From: Mobula hypostoma
Lineage: Eukaryota
DNA: 64,000 bases
NCBI RefSeq assembly: GCF_963921235.1
Contig: NC_086108.1
Location: forward strand, 55,616,001-55,680,000
Direction: 5' to 3'
The notes below the pieces were generated by a model that was given only the letters and a program-made list of their open reading frames with translations, was not told the DNA's origin and ran no database searches. Positions 11,222 to 23,030 of the stretch are shown here, one piece after another (position 1 is the stretch's first letter; each line of letters starts with the position of its first letter). Both the position numbers and the translations under genes were made by a program.

Positions 11222-14200
11222 CTATCTGCCCCTCTGGACATACTTGGTCCACACCCATGCTGACCCTTTCTCTGCTGCCTCAGCTACAGCCCTGCTGGTT
11301 GACTTGATCTCTCTTCTAGTGAAGCCAAGGTCACGCAGCCACTTCTGGAGAGTGAACGCAATAAACCCATGGCAGCCTACTTTGAGTGGATAGCATGAGA
11401 CCTTCCACCCTCTGTCTCTGCACTCTGATCTTAATTCTGCATACTTGGTTAACTTGCGCTCATGGGTTTCATCGATTTTGTCTTCCCAGGGGACTGTGAG
11501 TTCACCAATAACCGTTTCCCTACTGGTGTCAGACCATATGATTATATCTGGACGCAATGTAGTGAAAGCTATTGCTCCGGGAAATTGCCTTTCCCGTCCA
11601 GGTCAACCTTGACACACCAATCATTGGCTGAAGAAAGTATGCTTGATCGTGAGCCTATACTGTACACCCTTGACTTGGAGCCTTCTTTCACAAATGATAT
11701 GCGAAGTTCTGTGCAGCATGGGGCATGAGATAAGTTGTGCTGCAGTACTCTCTGCTCCACCGCTTCTGTTACAACTTTGAGAACATTGTTATGTCTCCAA
11801 GTGTACATGCCGCTGGAAAGATTGACTCTGCATGCACTCAAGATATGTTGAAGTGTTCTCTTCTCACCACAAGCAGCACACCTGTCTGTCTTAACTTCAT
11901 ACCAGGTGCTGAGGTTGGCAGGTGTTGGGAGCAGATCGTATGCTGCTCTGCATAAAAAAGAAATGCGGAGTGGTTCCATCTGCCACAGAACATTCCAAGA
12001 TAGGTGTCATTGTTCAACACTTTCCCACCGGGTCCAAGCCCCTTGTTTCGCCAGGCCAGCTGTTTCAGTTAACCTCTTCTCCTCTTCTACCTCTCGTATT
12101 TCTTGTGTTACAAGCTCACGGCGTTTCTTACCTATAGAAGATGACCACCACTTGTGGGTTGTCCATCCAAGTCCCTGGTGGCCTAGCTGGATAGCCCCAT
12201 CCTCCTCCTTGTGCTTCAATCTAGACTCTGCCTCATCAACTGCTACACGGGCTGACCACTTCCTGCCTGATCTCACATCCGGCCGGGTGTTCTTGATGAC
12301 AGGGTCTTTTGAGTCTCGAAGCATCAAGAATGATCTTACCTTGGCTACTTTGACCTCCTCAACAAGGGATTGCACTGGGATGGTAAGCTTTGTCTGGCTA
12401 CTGTGGATTGCAACATTGGTGAGGCTGCTCGGTACTCCAAGCCACTTCTTCACATACTTGTTATCTTCCGTTCCGTTGCCTCAACATGGGACATTGCCAC
12501 TTTGTAGACAGTTAGTGGCCACATTATCTGTGGCATCAGTCCGTACTGCAAGCACCACAACTTCAACTTGCTAGGCAAGCCACACTTGTCAACAGACATC
12601 AGAGCTCTGCTGATCTGTTTTCCTGTCTCTTGAACCCTCTCGGTGTCTCTCAGCTCCTCTGTGTACCATCGCCCGAGGCTCTAAACTGGTTGGTCCTGAA
12701 TGGATGGAATCTCCTCGCCACAAAGGGTGAAATGAAAGTCAACCAGCTTTCCTCTCCTAAGAACAAGGCTCCTTGAATTCTTGGTCTTGAACTTCATTCT
12801 TCCCCAGTCCATTAGCTCCTCAAGCCTAGATAGTACAATTTCCACTGCCTCCGTGCTGGGACCCAAAAGGGTAAGATCATCCATGAACGCTCGTATTGGT
12901 GGTAACTCCTCTCTGCCATCAAGTGCGACACCTGGTCCCACTGATTCTGCAGCCCTCACAATGACCTCCATGGCTAACACAAAAAGGATGGGTGAAATTG
13001 CACATCCCATTGGAATTCCAACATCCAAGCTCTGCCACCTAGTTGTAAACTGCTGAGTGGAAAACCTCATCTGGAAATCGTTGTAGTACTGAATAACAAA
13101 TTTCCTCACCTTAGCAGGAATCCATAGGAATTCCATCACAAACTCAATCAGGACATGGGGAACAGAACCATATGCATTTGCCAGATCAAGCCAAACTACA
13201 CCCCAGATTTCTTCTCAACCTTTTTGACTCCTGGATGGTATGCCATATCATACTAGAATGTTCAAGGCATCCTGGGAAGCCTGGTATTCCTGCCTTCTGC
13301 ACAGATGTATTTACTAATCCATTCTCAATCACAAATGAAGATATTTTTTCTGCCAGAATGCCAAACATAATCTTCCCCTCGACATTCAGGAGTAAAATTG
13401 GTTGGAACTGATTCAATGTAGAAGAATTCTCTTCCTTCGGGATGTATACTCCTTCAGCCTCACTCCATGACAAAGGAACAACACCTTGTCTCCACACCAC
13501 CTTTAACAATCTCGACAAGTATTTCCTCAGCTGTTCACTCTTCTTGAACACCTTATACGGCACTCCATTAGGTCCTGGCACTGAGCCTGACCTTGCCTTT
13601 CTGATGAACCGTTCAACTTCTGCCAGTTTGGGTTCTGACAGATCGAACTTCACTTCTGGCTTGGTAGGCTTCACAAGCCCTGAAATGTCAAGCAAAGGAG
13701 CCTCCTGCTGTTCGTTAGAGTAAGTGCTTGCTAGGTGATCTCAAGTTCTTGTTGAGAGATGTTAAGCTGCCCGCTCTTGCTTCGTTCAAACAGTTTCTTT
13801 GTGAACTCGTGAGGGTTCTCAAAGAACGACTTTCTTGCCTTCTCTCTCTTCTTTCTCTTTGTACATTGTGACTCTGCATGATGGAGTGATGCTAACTTTA
13901 TTTGAAAATGCTCTGGGAGATCAGCAAGCCCTGGCTTGTCACCCTCACTTGCTACCTTCCACCTCTGTCTCAACGATCTAAGCTCTTTCCTCAACCTACT
14001 AATCTCCTTCTGGCGCCTGCTTTGTTGCTGTGTAGGCTTTGTTTTCTTCAACTCAACCAAACCAAACCTGTACTATCCAACGTCGTAAATCATATCGCCC
14101 ATCACTTCCAACTTTCTCTTTGATGTTCCCCTGAGAGTGTTCTCCAACATCATACTGATATCCTCATCAAACACATGCCAAGCCTTCTCATCCGCGTTTG

Positions 14201-14761
14201 CTGGCCACTTGACCTTCCTCTTCTTCTCTACCTCCTCACCACCGCCATCATGCGAAGAATCTACCTGGGAACTGTGGTCTGAAACCTGACTTGGGTTATC
14301 TCTCGTCTGACCTGGAGTATGATGACACTCTCCAGAGTGAATCGCTGTGGCTTGTGAATCAGTGGTTGAAAAAAGACCACATCATCTGTGCTTGGTGAAG
14401 AAATCTCATCTTCATCCACTGGGGTGGAATAGCACTTCAACTTTGCTTGGTGGACTCGTAAACCTTTAATGCTGGAAAACGCTCTCCCACACCAACACAC
14501 TGGACACTCAGAGCCTCTTAGCCTAGCTCTTGGTCGTAGACGTTCCCTGTAATTAACTGTATTCGTCCGATTGGGTCCATCATTCTCCCTCCCTTTCAGA
14601 GGACCCCGAGGGCATGTTTCTCCATGTAAACTAGAAGCTTCAAGGGGTTGGTGCTCTTCTGAGCTGGTGCCCGGACTGCCAGTCCTGACACCCCCGGTGC
14701 CAGTCTTTCCTGGCTGTCCGCTGTCTCTCCACGCTGTCACCGGACTATTCCCGGTTGTCAA
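11222..14761 (-). pseudogene. Disrupted single ORF (ZnF-RT-CCHC-RLE) of the Hero-like element
   Basis: Seven ORF fragments (14261-14761, 13731-14060, 13186-13695, 12681-13139, 12007-12453, 11569-11979, 11222-11557) in the expected domain order, separated by stops and frameshifts. Confidence 0.9.
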
Positions 14762-14814
14762 CCAGACTATTCCTGGTAGTCACCTTCATAAAATAGATAC
14801 AATGATAATAGGGT

Positions 14815-15600
14815 AACACATACAAAATGCTGGAGGAACTTAGCAGGTCATGTAGCATCTGAGGAAAGGAATAAATAGTCGACATTTTGGGCTGAAGTCC
14901 TTCATCGGGATTGGAAAGAAAGGAGGAAGGTGCCAGAATATGAAGGTGGGGGTGAAGTGAGTAGCTGGGAGGTGATAGGTGGAAAATGTAAAGGCCTGAA
15001 GAAGAAAGAATCTGATAGGAGAGGAGAGTGGACCATGGGGAAAAAAGGGAAGAGGAGAGTCACCAGGGGGAGGTGTAGGCAGTTGAGGAGAAGAAAAGTG
15101 GTAAGAGGGGAACCAAAGTGGGAAATGGAAAAAGAGGGAACGGGAAGGGGGAACAATTACTGGAAGTCAGAGAAATTGATGTTCATGCCATCCATTTGGA
15201 GGCTTCCCAGATGGAATATGAAGCGTTGTTGCTCCAACATGAAAGTGGCAGTAGAGGTGACCTCAGGCTGACATGTCAGAATAGGAATAGGGATTGCAAT
15301 TAAAATGGCTGCCCACCGGGAAATCCTGCTCGTTGCAGATTGAGTGAAGGTGCTCGGCAAAGCGGCCCCCCAATCTATGTCAAGTAGATTGGAGGAGCAA
15401 CACCTCATATTCCATCTTCCCCCCCACCTTCTTATTCTGCCTTCTTCTACCCTTCCTTTCCAGTCCTGATGAAGGGTCTTGGCTTGAAACATCGACTGTA
15501 AATTCCTTTCCATAGCTGCTGCCTGATGTACTGAGTTCCTCCAGCATTCTGTATATGTTACTCTGAATTTCCAGCATCTCCAGAATCTCTTGTGTTTGTG
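14815..15600. mobile_element. Penelope-like 3' fragments in inverted arrangement
   Basis: Minus copy at about 14815-15375 encodes EQQRFIFHLGSLQMDGMNINFSDF. Plus copy at about 15385-15600 carries the terminal segment. Confidence 0.85.
15461..15498 (+). ncRNA. Minimal Penelope-type hammerhead ribozyme (slightly decayed)
   Basis: CAGTC-CTGATGA-AGG(gtcttgg)CTT-GAAA-CA-TC-GACTG. Confidence 0.65.
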
Positions 15601-16381
15601 ATAATGATTATAGTTTTTTTAAAACCAAATAAAAGGACAATGAAACATGAGCAGTAATCAGTAAATAGAATGCTACGCTGGCTTGAAATAGAGGATTGCT
15701 GCAAAATGTTAAATTTCAATATTTTGATTATTTTTTCAATTTTAACAAATTCATCTATGAAAAACAACACTATTTCCAGAAGCTTACAAGAGGCAGTAAA
15801 AGTAAACTATTGTAGAAATCCACGCTGAAAAATGCTGATCCGAATGATGAGGTACATAGTCTGCAATCAAAGCATAGTCACGTGTTTATGCAGCTGCTTC
15901 CAACTATTGATATTTCTAAGCAACAATGCATAAATTTACGCTTTACCCCCTGCAGAATGAAGGATGAGCCAGCTGTCTTAGCAGATAATTAGAGGTTTGT
16001 ACCTCTAAAACTCCAACTCTCCTAGCCTACCATTGATTACAGTTTGGATGCTTCCTTGTAGCTTTGTCTCTGTTTCCTTGCTTGATTATTGCCAGATTAT
16101 CAGTTTCAAATTACTTAGTAATTTCAGCTGCTGGACCTATGGATGCCATTTGCTATTGTGTAGTATTCCGACATGTATCAATCAGTGCTTTTACATGTGT
16201 GAAAGAGGGCTGATCAGCATCTATTTGTGTACATACCAATAAAAATTGCCCAATATGCTGTGCAATCTTTCCGTAACACCTTGTGTCAGCTTATTGTCTC
16301 CAGACTTTGTGGTCAATCTTGGAAGAATGACTTATACTGCTGACCTTAAAGGAAATTGCCCAAAGATCTAGTGATCCCTTG

Positions 16382-16578
16382 AGCAACACACACAAAATGC
16401 TGGAGGAACTCAGCAGGCCAGGCAGCATCTATGGAATAAAGTGTAGTCGACGTTTTGGGCCAAGACTCTTTGGCAGGACTGGAGATAAAAGAGGAGGAGT
16501 AGGCCTGCTGAGTTCCTCCAGCATTGTGTGTGTGTGTGTGTTGCTTGGATTACCAGCATCTGCAGATTTTCTCTTGTT
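16382..16578. mobile_element. Fold-back Penelope terminal remnant
   Basis: aatgctggaggaactcagcaggcc ... ggcctgctgagttcctccagcatt inverted arms around a decayed hammerhead. Confidence 0.8.
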
Positions 16579-16616
16579 TGTGGCAATCTTTCGAACATGT
16601 GTTCAACCATTCTCAC

Positions 16617-16709
16617 CATGATCGTTGTCAGCTACCAGTTTTGGCGAGTTTCTGGCAAAACTACCAGCAACAAAGCAGGTATTGACGAATTCTGTTGGAC
16701 TCAACAAAC
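16617..16709 (-). CDS. Candidate 93-nt host exon (phase 1-1), product unknown
   Basis: Acceptor ttttcacttccag|G, donor CATG|gtgaga, one open frame (G)LLSPTEFVNTCFVAGSFARNSPKLVADNDH, locally CpG-rich. No recognised homology. Confidence 0.3.
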
Positions 16710-17361
16710 CTGGAAGTGAAAACACAATTTTCATTTCACCATTTAAGCAATATATAGCTCTGACCAGCATTTCACAGCTAAAATGAATTCCTTTATTTGT
16801 TTGCTTTACTTCTCATTGTCCTCCATCAGACAGTTCTACAACATTGAAATCATTTGAGCAATCCTGGCATCAGCTTCTTCTAAAAAATAAAATAAAAATT
16901 GGAACGTATACGTATAGTTATGGTTGCAGCTGAAAGATCATAATTTTTAAAGAAATCCAAAGCAATCCAAGTCCATTCACACAATTAATTTATTTCATAG
17001 GATTATAGCAATTATTAATTGGTAAAAATGATTTGGTACATAATTAGAACTTTGGTTACATCTCATAAAAACAAAAGAAACCATGAAGTCTAGACTGTTC
17101 GGCCCCTTGTGTCTACTTTGTTGTTCAGTAAGTGTTGCCTCAGAGCCACTTTCCCACACAAACTCCATATCCTTTGATTTATTAATATCCAAAAATATAT
17201 TAATCTCTATCTTGAATATATTGAGGACACATTTCTCTGCTCTCTGGTGATTTGTCATCCACTTATCTCAATCTTCTCAAGGCTCCTGGGTTATTTTATG
17301 TAGAAGGTACAATGTAAATAACTGTGCTTCTCATAAGATAATACAATTCCACTAATATAAA

Positions 17362-17500
17362 AGACACAAGAGGTACTGCAGATGCTGGAAATATAGACCA
17401 ATACACACAACGTCCTTCAGGAGCTCAGCAGGTCAGGCAGCATCTATGAATGGTAATAAACTGTCCATACTTTGGGCCAAGACCCTTCTACAGGACTGGG
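17362..17500 (-). mobile_element. Penelope terminal remnant
   Basis: ctgcagatgctggaaat...ctcagcaggtcaggcagcatctatg...gggccaagacccttctacaggactg. Confidence 0.75.
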
Positions 17501-17535
17501 CTGATGTCCAATAATATAATGCTCATAAGATAATA

Positions 17536-17729
17536 GCCAGCCAGTGGTGTAGTGGCATCAGCACCGGACTTTGAAGTGAGTGGTCTGAATCCAGCTGGCT
17601 CTTTGCACACTTTCCATCCGTGCTGGGCTGAGCACTGAGCTTGCAACTTGGCCTCGTAAAAATCAGACAAAATGCTAAAGAAACAGCAAGGTTGCCACCC
17701 GATGCACCACAAGGCGCGGACAGGAATAA
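17536..17729 (+). mobile_element. Short tRNA-derived SINE with a 12-bp TSD
   Basis: A-box tggtgtagtgg near the 5' end. Flanked by exact cataagataata at 17524-17535 and 17730-17741. Confidence 0.8.
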
Positions 17730-20639
17730 CATAAGATAATACAATTTCATCTATTTCTACCTTTGCATCTTTCTATTATTATTAATGATGATTGACTGTT
17801 GTACATATAGTCTAATTGATGTATTGTGAAGCCATATTATAATATGTACAAAAGAGTATATTTGGCCACGTTGCATAGAGCCTGCTTCGCCATTGGCTGA
17901 TCTGTAACCTAACTTTGCCTCTTTCCCTAGAAAATCATTGATCAATGAACAATCTATCATCACTTGCTATTTGTAGGAAAGCTACAAATTCTACCCTTCA
18001 CTGGGTCCTGCATGTTTGTTGGCTATTTTAATTTGTTCACTGTCTTAACTGGAAATGTTAAGTTAAATAACTTTGATAAATGATTTTTTGAACAAGTTTT
18101 GTTCCATTGTCATGCTGAATGTCACAAAGGGATATTTTGCCTGACATCTAATGCTTTAAATTGTTTACATTAAATATCATTTGTCTTTGGTTCATTCAAT
18201 TACAGAACTTTGCAAAAGCCATTAACTGGGCTATTAATCATATCTTGATATTAACCTTATCTTCAGTTTTGCAAACACCTCGTTAATTTTAGCCTCCATG
18301 CGATTTACATTAGAAATGTTATCGGTGAAACAAAGATGAAACAAAGATTCCTGGACAGATTTCATTCAGAGACTCACATGCCATGCCTCTCATTAATAGA
18401 TTTTGATTCAATAACAATAGTTAAAAGGCACATGGACAGGAACGTGTATGGAGAAATTTAGAAGAATGGGTCAAACACGAACAGATGCAAGTAGCTTAAA
18501 TTGGAATCTTGCACACTATAGACCAGTTGGGCTGAAGGACTTGTTTCCATGCTGAATGACTCCTTTTTTTAAAAAAACTTATTTAGCCACTGTCTTGTTC
18601 TATGCTAAACTTGAATCTGTTTGTTTGTACCTACAATAGTGAGTTTATATCACAATATAACTGACTTTCCCAAACCCACATAATGGATGCTGCCCCTCAT
18701 GCCTGAAAGAGATCAGCTCTAACAGCAAGGATGTGGACCTTTTGATCTACTCTTGAGTTTCAAACTCCACCAGAAGTTATTACCACCCCGCCCTCGCCAC
18801 CCCCCACTCCCAGACCATTGGGTGAGGGAATGGCCTGCTTATGATTGCCAATTCAATTCTGCACTGTATCACAGCTGGCTACAGGAATCAAGTAGTGTAG
18901 GAGAAATCAATTACCATATGGCAAGACTTATAAGTCTTCCAATTGATTGTTCTACCTATTTTAGATATCAGCTTATTTGGGAATACATTCCATGAAAATT
19001 TGTCAGATTGTATGAAATATGAAAAATAAATAAATAGAAGACTATTGTGTGCATTTCAAAGCTGTGAATGATGGAAACCAGATGGTTCTCTAATGTAACT
19101 CTATATATCACGGACTGAAGATTAGACAAACAATTACCTTTCAAAGAGATGGGAACGAATAAGCATCTGTTTAACTAACTGTTTGAATAAAGAAAGACAT
19201 AGTATACCGAAGTCAGTGCTGATGCAAGACCATTAAACAGTCACGGAAACTTTAGAATGTGTAATTTTTGGGAAAGAAAATTATTTACAATTAAATGCAG
19301 TTGAATTTTTTTTGTTGGTGTTTCAGTAGTTTCTTAATGTCATGCAAAAATAATTAGTTTCACATTGCATTTCCTAGATGTAAATAATCAGGAATCTTCT
19401 GACCTATGTGTTTCCCATGTTTATGACAGTTTTCCATAAAAGGTCTCATGGTTTTATAATTTTTATCCCTCTTGTATACTCCAGAAAATCTTTACAACGT
19501 TGCTGAAATGATTTGCCATGCCTGACGTTGAAGGTTATTGATTTATTATCTCAGCTATTTTAAATCTGTACATTAAATTCTTTGTAAAATTAAGATAGAA
19601 GTGTAATTTTTGAGGTACTTGTATAATTGTGAATAATTATGCTACTCAAACTCCAGAGTGAATGGACCTGGTGAGAAGGTGTTCTAGTGAAATCCTGTTA
19701 CATGTAGCATTTTTATTTGATGTTGCATTCGTAATTTCTAGCTCTCACTGCTTGATATCCCTGTGCCTGCTGGGTCGCACTGCAGAATATATTGTCCACA
19801 AGGTCTACAGCTACTTCTGACACAATAGACTCATGCTGTTACTTAATATTTATATGTAGTTGGAAACAAAAGTTACATGGTACACTATTATAAAAAAATT
19901 GTTTAGTAAAATAAAAGTATTGGAAATAATCATCAGCAATAAAAATTCATAACTATATAAAGTTGGCAATGAAGTTGTTCTTGCAAATCCTTGAAATAGT
20001 TGTAGTGGCTGTAGATAACCTGGTAATATATAGACTGCAATTTCAATCAGGCCACATTCATGTAACCCTAATACAGTTAAACCCTCTGGAAATATAGATA
20101 TTTATTGAATAGGGTCAGGACAATCCCATTACTTTGTTTTCTGTTACAGTACAGACACCATACATTCATGTGTAACTTTCAAACGGTGAAGAATAAAGGA
20201 AAGACAGATGTTAATTTGCTTTTATTCTGGTCTGAGTTCTGTGGTGTAACAGTCGAGGTTCTGGCATGGTTACCTACATTTAGTTGCATCCATTGCATTC
20301 TGTGTAACTATTTTCTCAAACAATTTTCTCATGAAACACTCTGCTTATGCATGAGGCTGCTGTTCATAAATCATGCTGCAGTTTCTTTGGATGTTTCCCA
20401 CACCACTGCTCTTCACTATGTTCTTAATCCTGAATAACTACTTTATAGTACTAAAGTGTTGATGAATCAGTTGTTTTTTTATTGATCTGAATTATGCTAG
20501 TTTGAAGCAGTCTTCACTTTTGAAATCTACTTTTCTTCTGAGGGTAGTAATTACTCAGTCAGATTAGGTGATTGGCTCGAATCCATAGTTCATTATGGTA
20601 TGATTGAATAATATGCATTGGCTTTATGTAAGAATATGA

Positions 20640-21020
20640 TTCATCCCACACAACAACCTCCTGCTCAGTTTATCCAATATTGTCAACAATCTTGAATCTC
20701 CTTGCAAGGACATCATCTTCCCCACAGGAAATCAGACTTCTGAACCAATCACCTCTTTTACACCCCCTTCCTGGTGATGCTGTCTCTGTCTCTTAATTCT
20801 GCCTGTCTCGGTGATTCCATTATTGTTACTTTAGCATTTCTTTTTGCACTAATTCAGGTTGTGCTGCTGTCTTTTCACCATTTTGCTGTGCTTTGCAACA
20901 CTCCATTATTTTGCCCTCATTGCTGTATTATTACTGGGTATGATGTTCACTCTGTAAGCTTCATTTGAGCAAGGAATTTCATTGCACCCTTGTGTATATG
21001 ACAATAAAGTAATCCGAATC
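20640..21020 (+). mobile_element. Rex-Babar/L2-like 3' end relic
   Basis: Ends gaatttcattgcacccttgtgtatatgacaataaagtaatccgaatc. Confidence 0.45.
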
Positions 21021-21223
21021 TCATTTGTACTGCTGAAAACTGTCAGACTTCCCTGTTCCCTCTCTGTTCTGATGCTGGATGTGCACTCAGAAGGTTGACT
21101 ACAACAATCATTTCCACAGACGCTGCTTGAACAACATTCTCCTTTTTATATAGGTTGGAACAGTTTGGACTTGAAGATAATGTGACAGAAATTGAGCATT
21201 ATTTAATTTATTATCCAAACATA

Positions 21224-21813
21224 TGTAAGACTCGTTGTATCTAGTGGCATGATCTCGAGGATGGCGCCCACTACCCGGCCAAACTTTAGCACTCTTGTTT
21301 GGGTGGATGCTGCGTGTTGTGTCCCCTGTGTAACATCTGTACCCCGAAATAACATTCAGCCCACAATGTGCAGATAAACGATTAAGATTTTGTATTTAAG
21401 TATGGGGTTAGTAGAGAAACAAAAGAAAAGGAAAACAAATAAAAGGTGCCAATAATCTCATAAATGTGTCCAGTGCACAAACATTGCAGCTCACGGATTC
21501 CCTTTCGCTGTTGGCCCCTGGGCTCCTGCCCCGAGCCCAGGCCCAGCAGGTCTGGCAACTGTCTGCTCAACCCACCTCTTCTCTCTTCATCCGCCTCGCG
21601 CCTTCTCTCTCAAATCCCGCGCAAACAACAGCTTTCAGATACACAAGAAAGAATAACATCTATCCCAATTGGTTAGCAAATGAATATAAATCCCGTTATC
21701 ACTAATTATAACCCAAACATGTTGCTGCAGAGAACATTACCTCATTAGTTAACATTACAAAGAAGCCATTTTATTAGCCTTAGCAAGTAACGTGAAAGAA
21801 GAAACCCCTTACT
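21224..21813 (-). mobile_element. Solo LTR related to 8781-9351
   Basis: tgtaag...cttact termini. Exact 4-bp TSD cata (21220-21223, 21814-21817). Shares gccaaactt...tttgggtggatgctgcg...tgtgtcccctgt with the first LTR. Confidence 0.8.
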
Positions 21814-21929
21814 CATACAATGGGGGTTAAAAAATAGAAGTTTTAAAAAATAGGCAAGTTGGAAGGCTATGCTCCAGGGTGCAAGGAACTTTCTGTATCA
21901 TCATCTTGTTGGTGGTAAGCAACACACGT

Positions 21930-22130
21930 GCAATGTTAGCGTTCATGAGCAGGAATTTCATTAGCCAGAGGGTGGTAAATCTATGGAATTCATGGGCACA
22001 GACAGCTGTGGAGGCCAAATCATTGGGTATATTTAAAGTGGCATTTAAATAGGATTGAGGGGAGCAAACCTCAATCTGAAAGGGCAAATTGACTCATTCT
22101 ACTCCTACATTTTATGACCTTATTGGTCAT
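21930..22130 (+). mobile_element. CR1 3' fragment
   Basis: aggaatttcattagccagagggtggtaaatctatggaattc...gtggaggccaaatcattgggtatatttaa. Confidence 0.7.
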
Positions 22131-22987
22131 CTTCCTATTTTTAGACAGTCCCTCAGTATTGAGAATGACTTGCATCCACCTTGGTTATGTGGGTTCTGAG
22201 GTGACTATTGATGCCAATCTGAGAATGACAGACTTTTCCACAGATGGCATTAGTAGCGGTCATTGGGGTTGGTGGGTTAGTAGTTTGTGAGACAGAGTGG
22301 CCCTAATAGGGTGGGTGAGCGGGTAAGTAGTGCGTGACTTGCAGAGGGCTTCTTTGTGCTTCTAGTTAATGGCATTGAAGTTCCATCATGCATGCTCGCT
22401 TTTAGGCCAATGGTTCCCAGCTATCTGGGGTGATATTGTATATTTTCAAGGAAGTTTTGGACATGTCTTTTGGATCTGTCTCTCTTTGCCTGGTAACTCT
22501 CCCCACAACCGTACTCAAAGCTTTTCTGAATTCCCCCAAAAATGATTCTGAGATTTTCCAATGAGTAGCCTAATGTCAGGTTAAAGGGTCATGGGATAAA
22601 TAGAGCTGCCCCATTATGACAGGAGTTGCTCCCAATCTGTATGGATACAGCGTGGATAAGCTCGGCACGGATGCAGCTTTGGAACTGGTTGCTGCTATAA
22701 ACATGTGCTCCTGCTGCCTCCACACAGGGCTCCCACAGAGCCTGTCTTGGTCATGACCAGTGCCACTTCTGCTACGCTTCTCACAGGATGCTTACCTCAG
22801 TAGATTCCTGACAAAGTGAGCAGCTCAAAACCTATATGCTGGAACAGACCAGCTGCTAGCTTCTGTCATGGCTCAACAGGTAGTACTGATTTAAATGATT
22901 CACTTCTCAGCTGGCTGAAGTCATCCTGGTTGGGACATGTATTAGTTAATGCAGTGAAATCTATGGACGTGGTCTAGCTGTTGAAAC

Positions 22988-23030
22988 AGGAGAGAAGAGA
23001 GAGAGAGAGAGAGAGAAAGAAAGAAAGAAA
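22988..23030 (+). repeat. (GA)n/(GAAA)n purine microsatellite
   Basis: Directly visible. Confidence 0.9.

Larger units (their letters stand above)
10948..14789 (-). mobile_element. Hero/R2-group RLE non-LTR retrotransposon, near full length, frameshifted
   Basis: Collinear minus-strand ORF pieces: N-terminal zinc finger CWCGRAFSSIKGLRVHQAKLKC; RT (PGPNGVPYKVFK, FQPILLLNVEGKI, GIPMGCAISP, AFMDDL); CCHC knuckle CAACGEKRTLQHILSAC; restriction-like endonuclease RPDIIIW...ELTVPWED...RKLTKY. Possible aaaata TSD at 10942-10947 and 14790-14795 (weak). Confidence 0.92.

Noticed and set aside
11906..12574. 222-aa plus-strand ORF
   Set aside because: Antisense shadow of the Hero ORF, Ser-rich, with no domain features.
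8781..21813. The two LTRs as ends of a single 13-kb provirus
   Set aside because: Each has its own TSD, they are substantially diverged, and no gag/pol lies between them.
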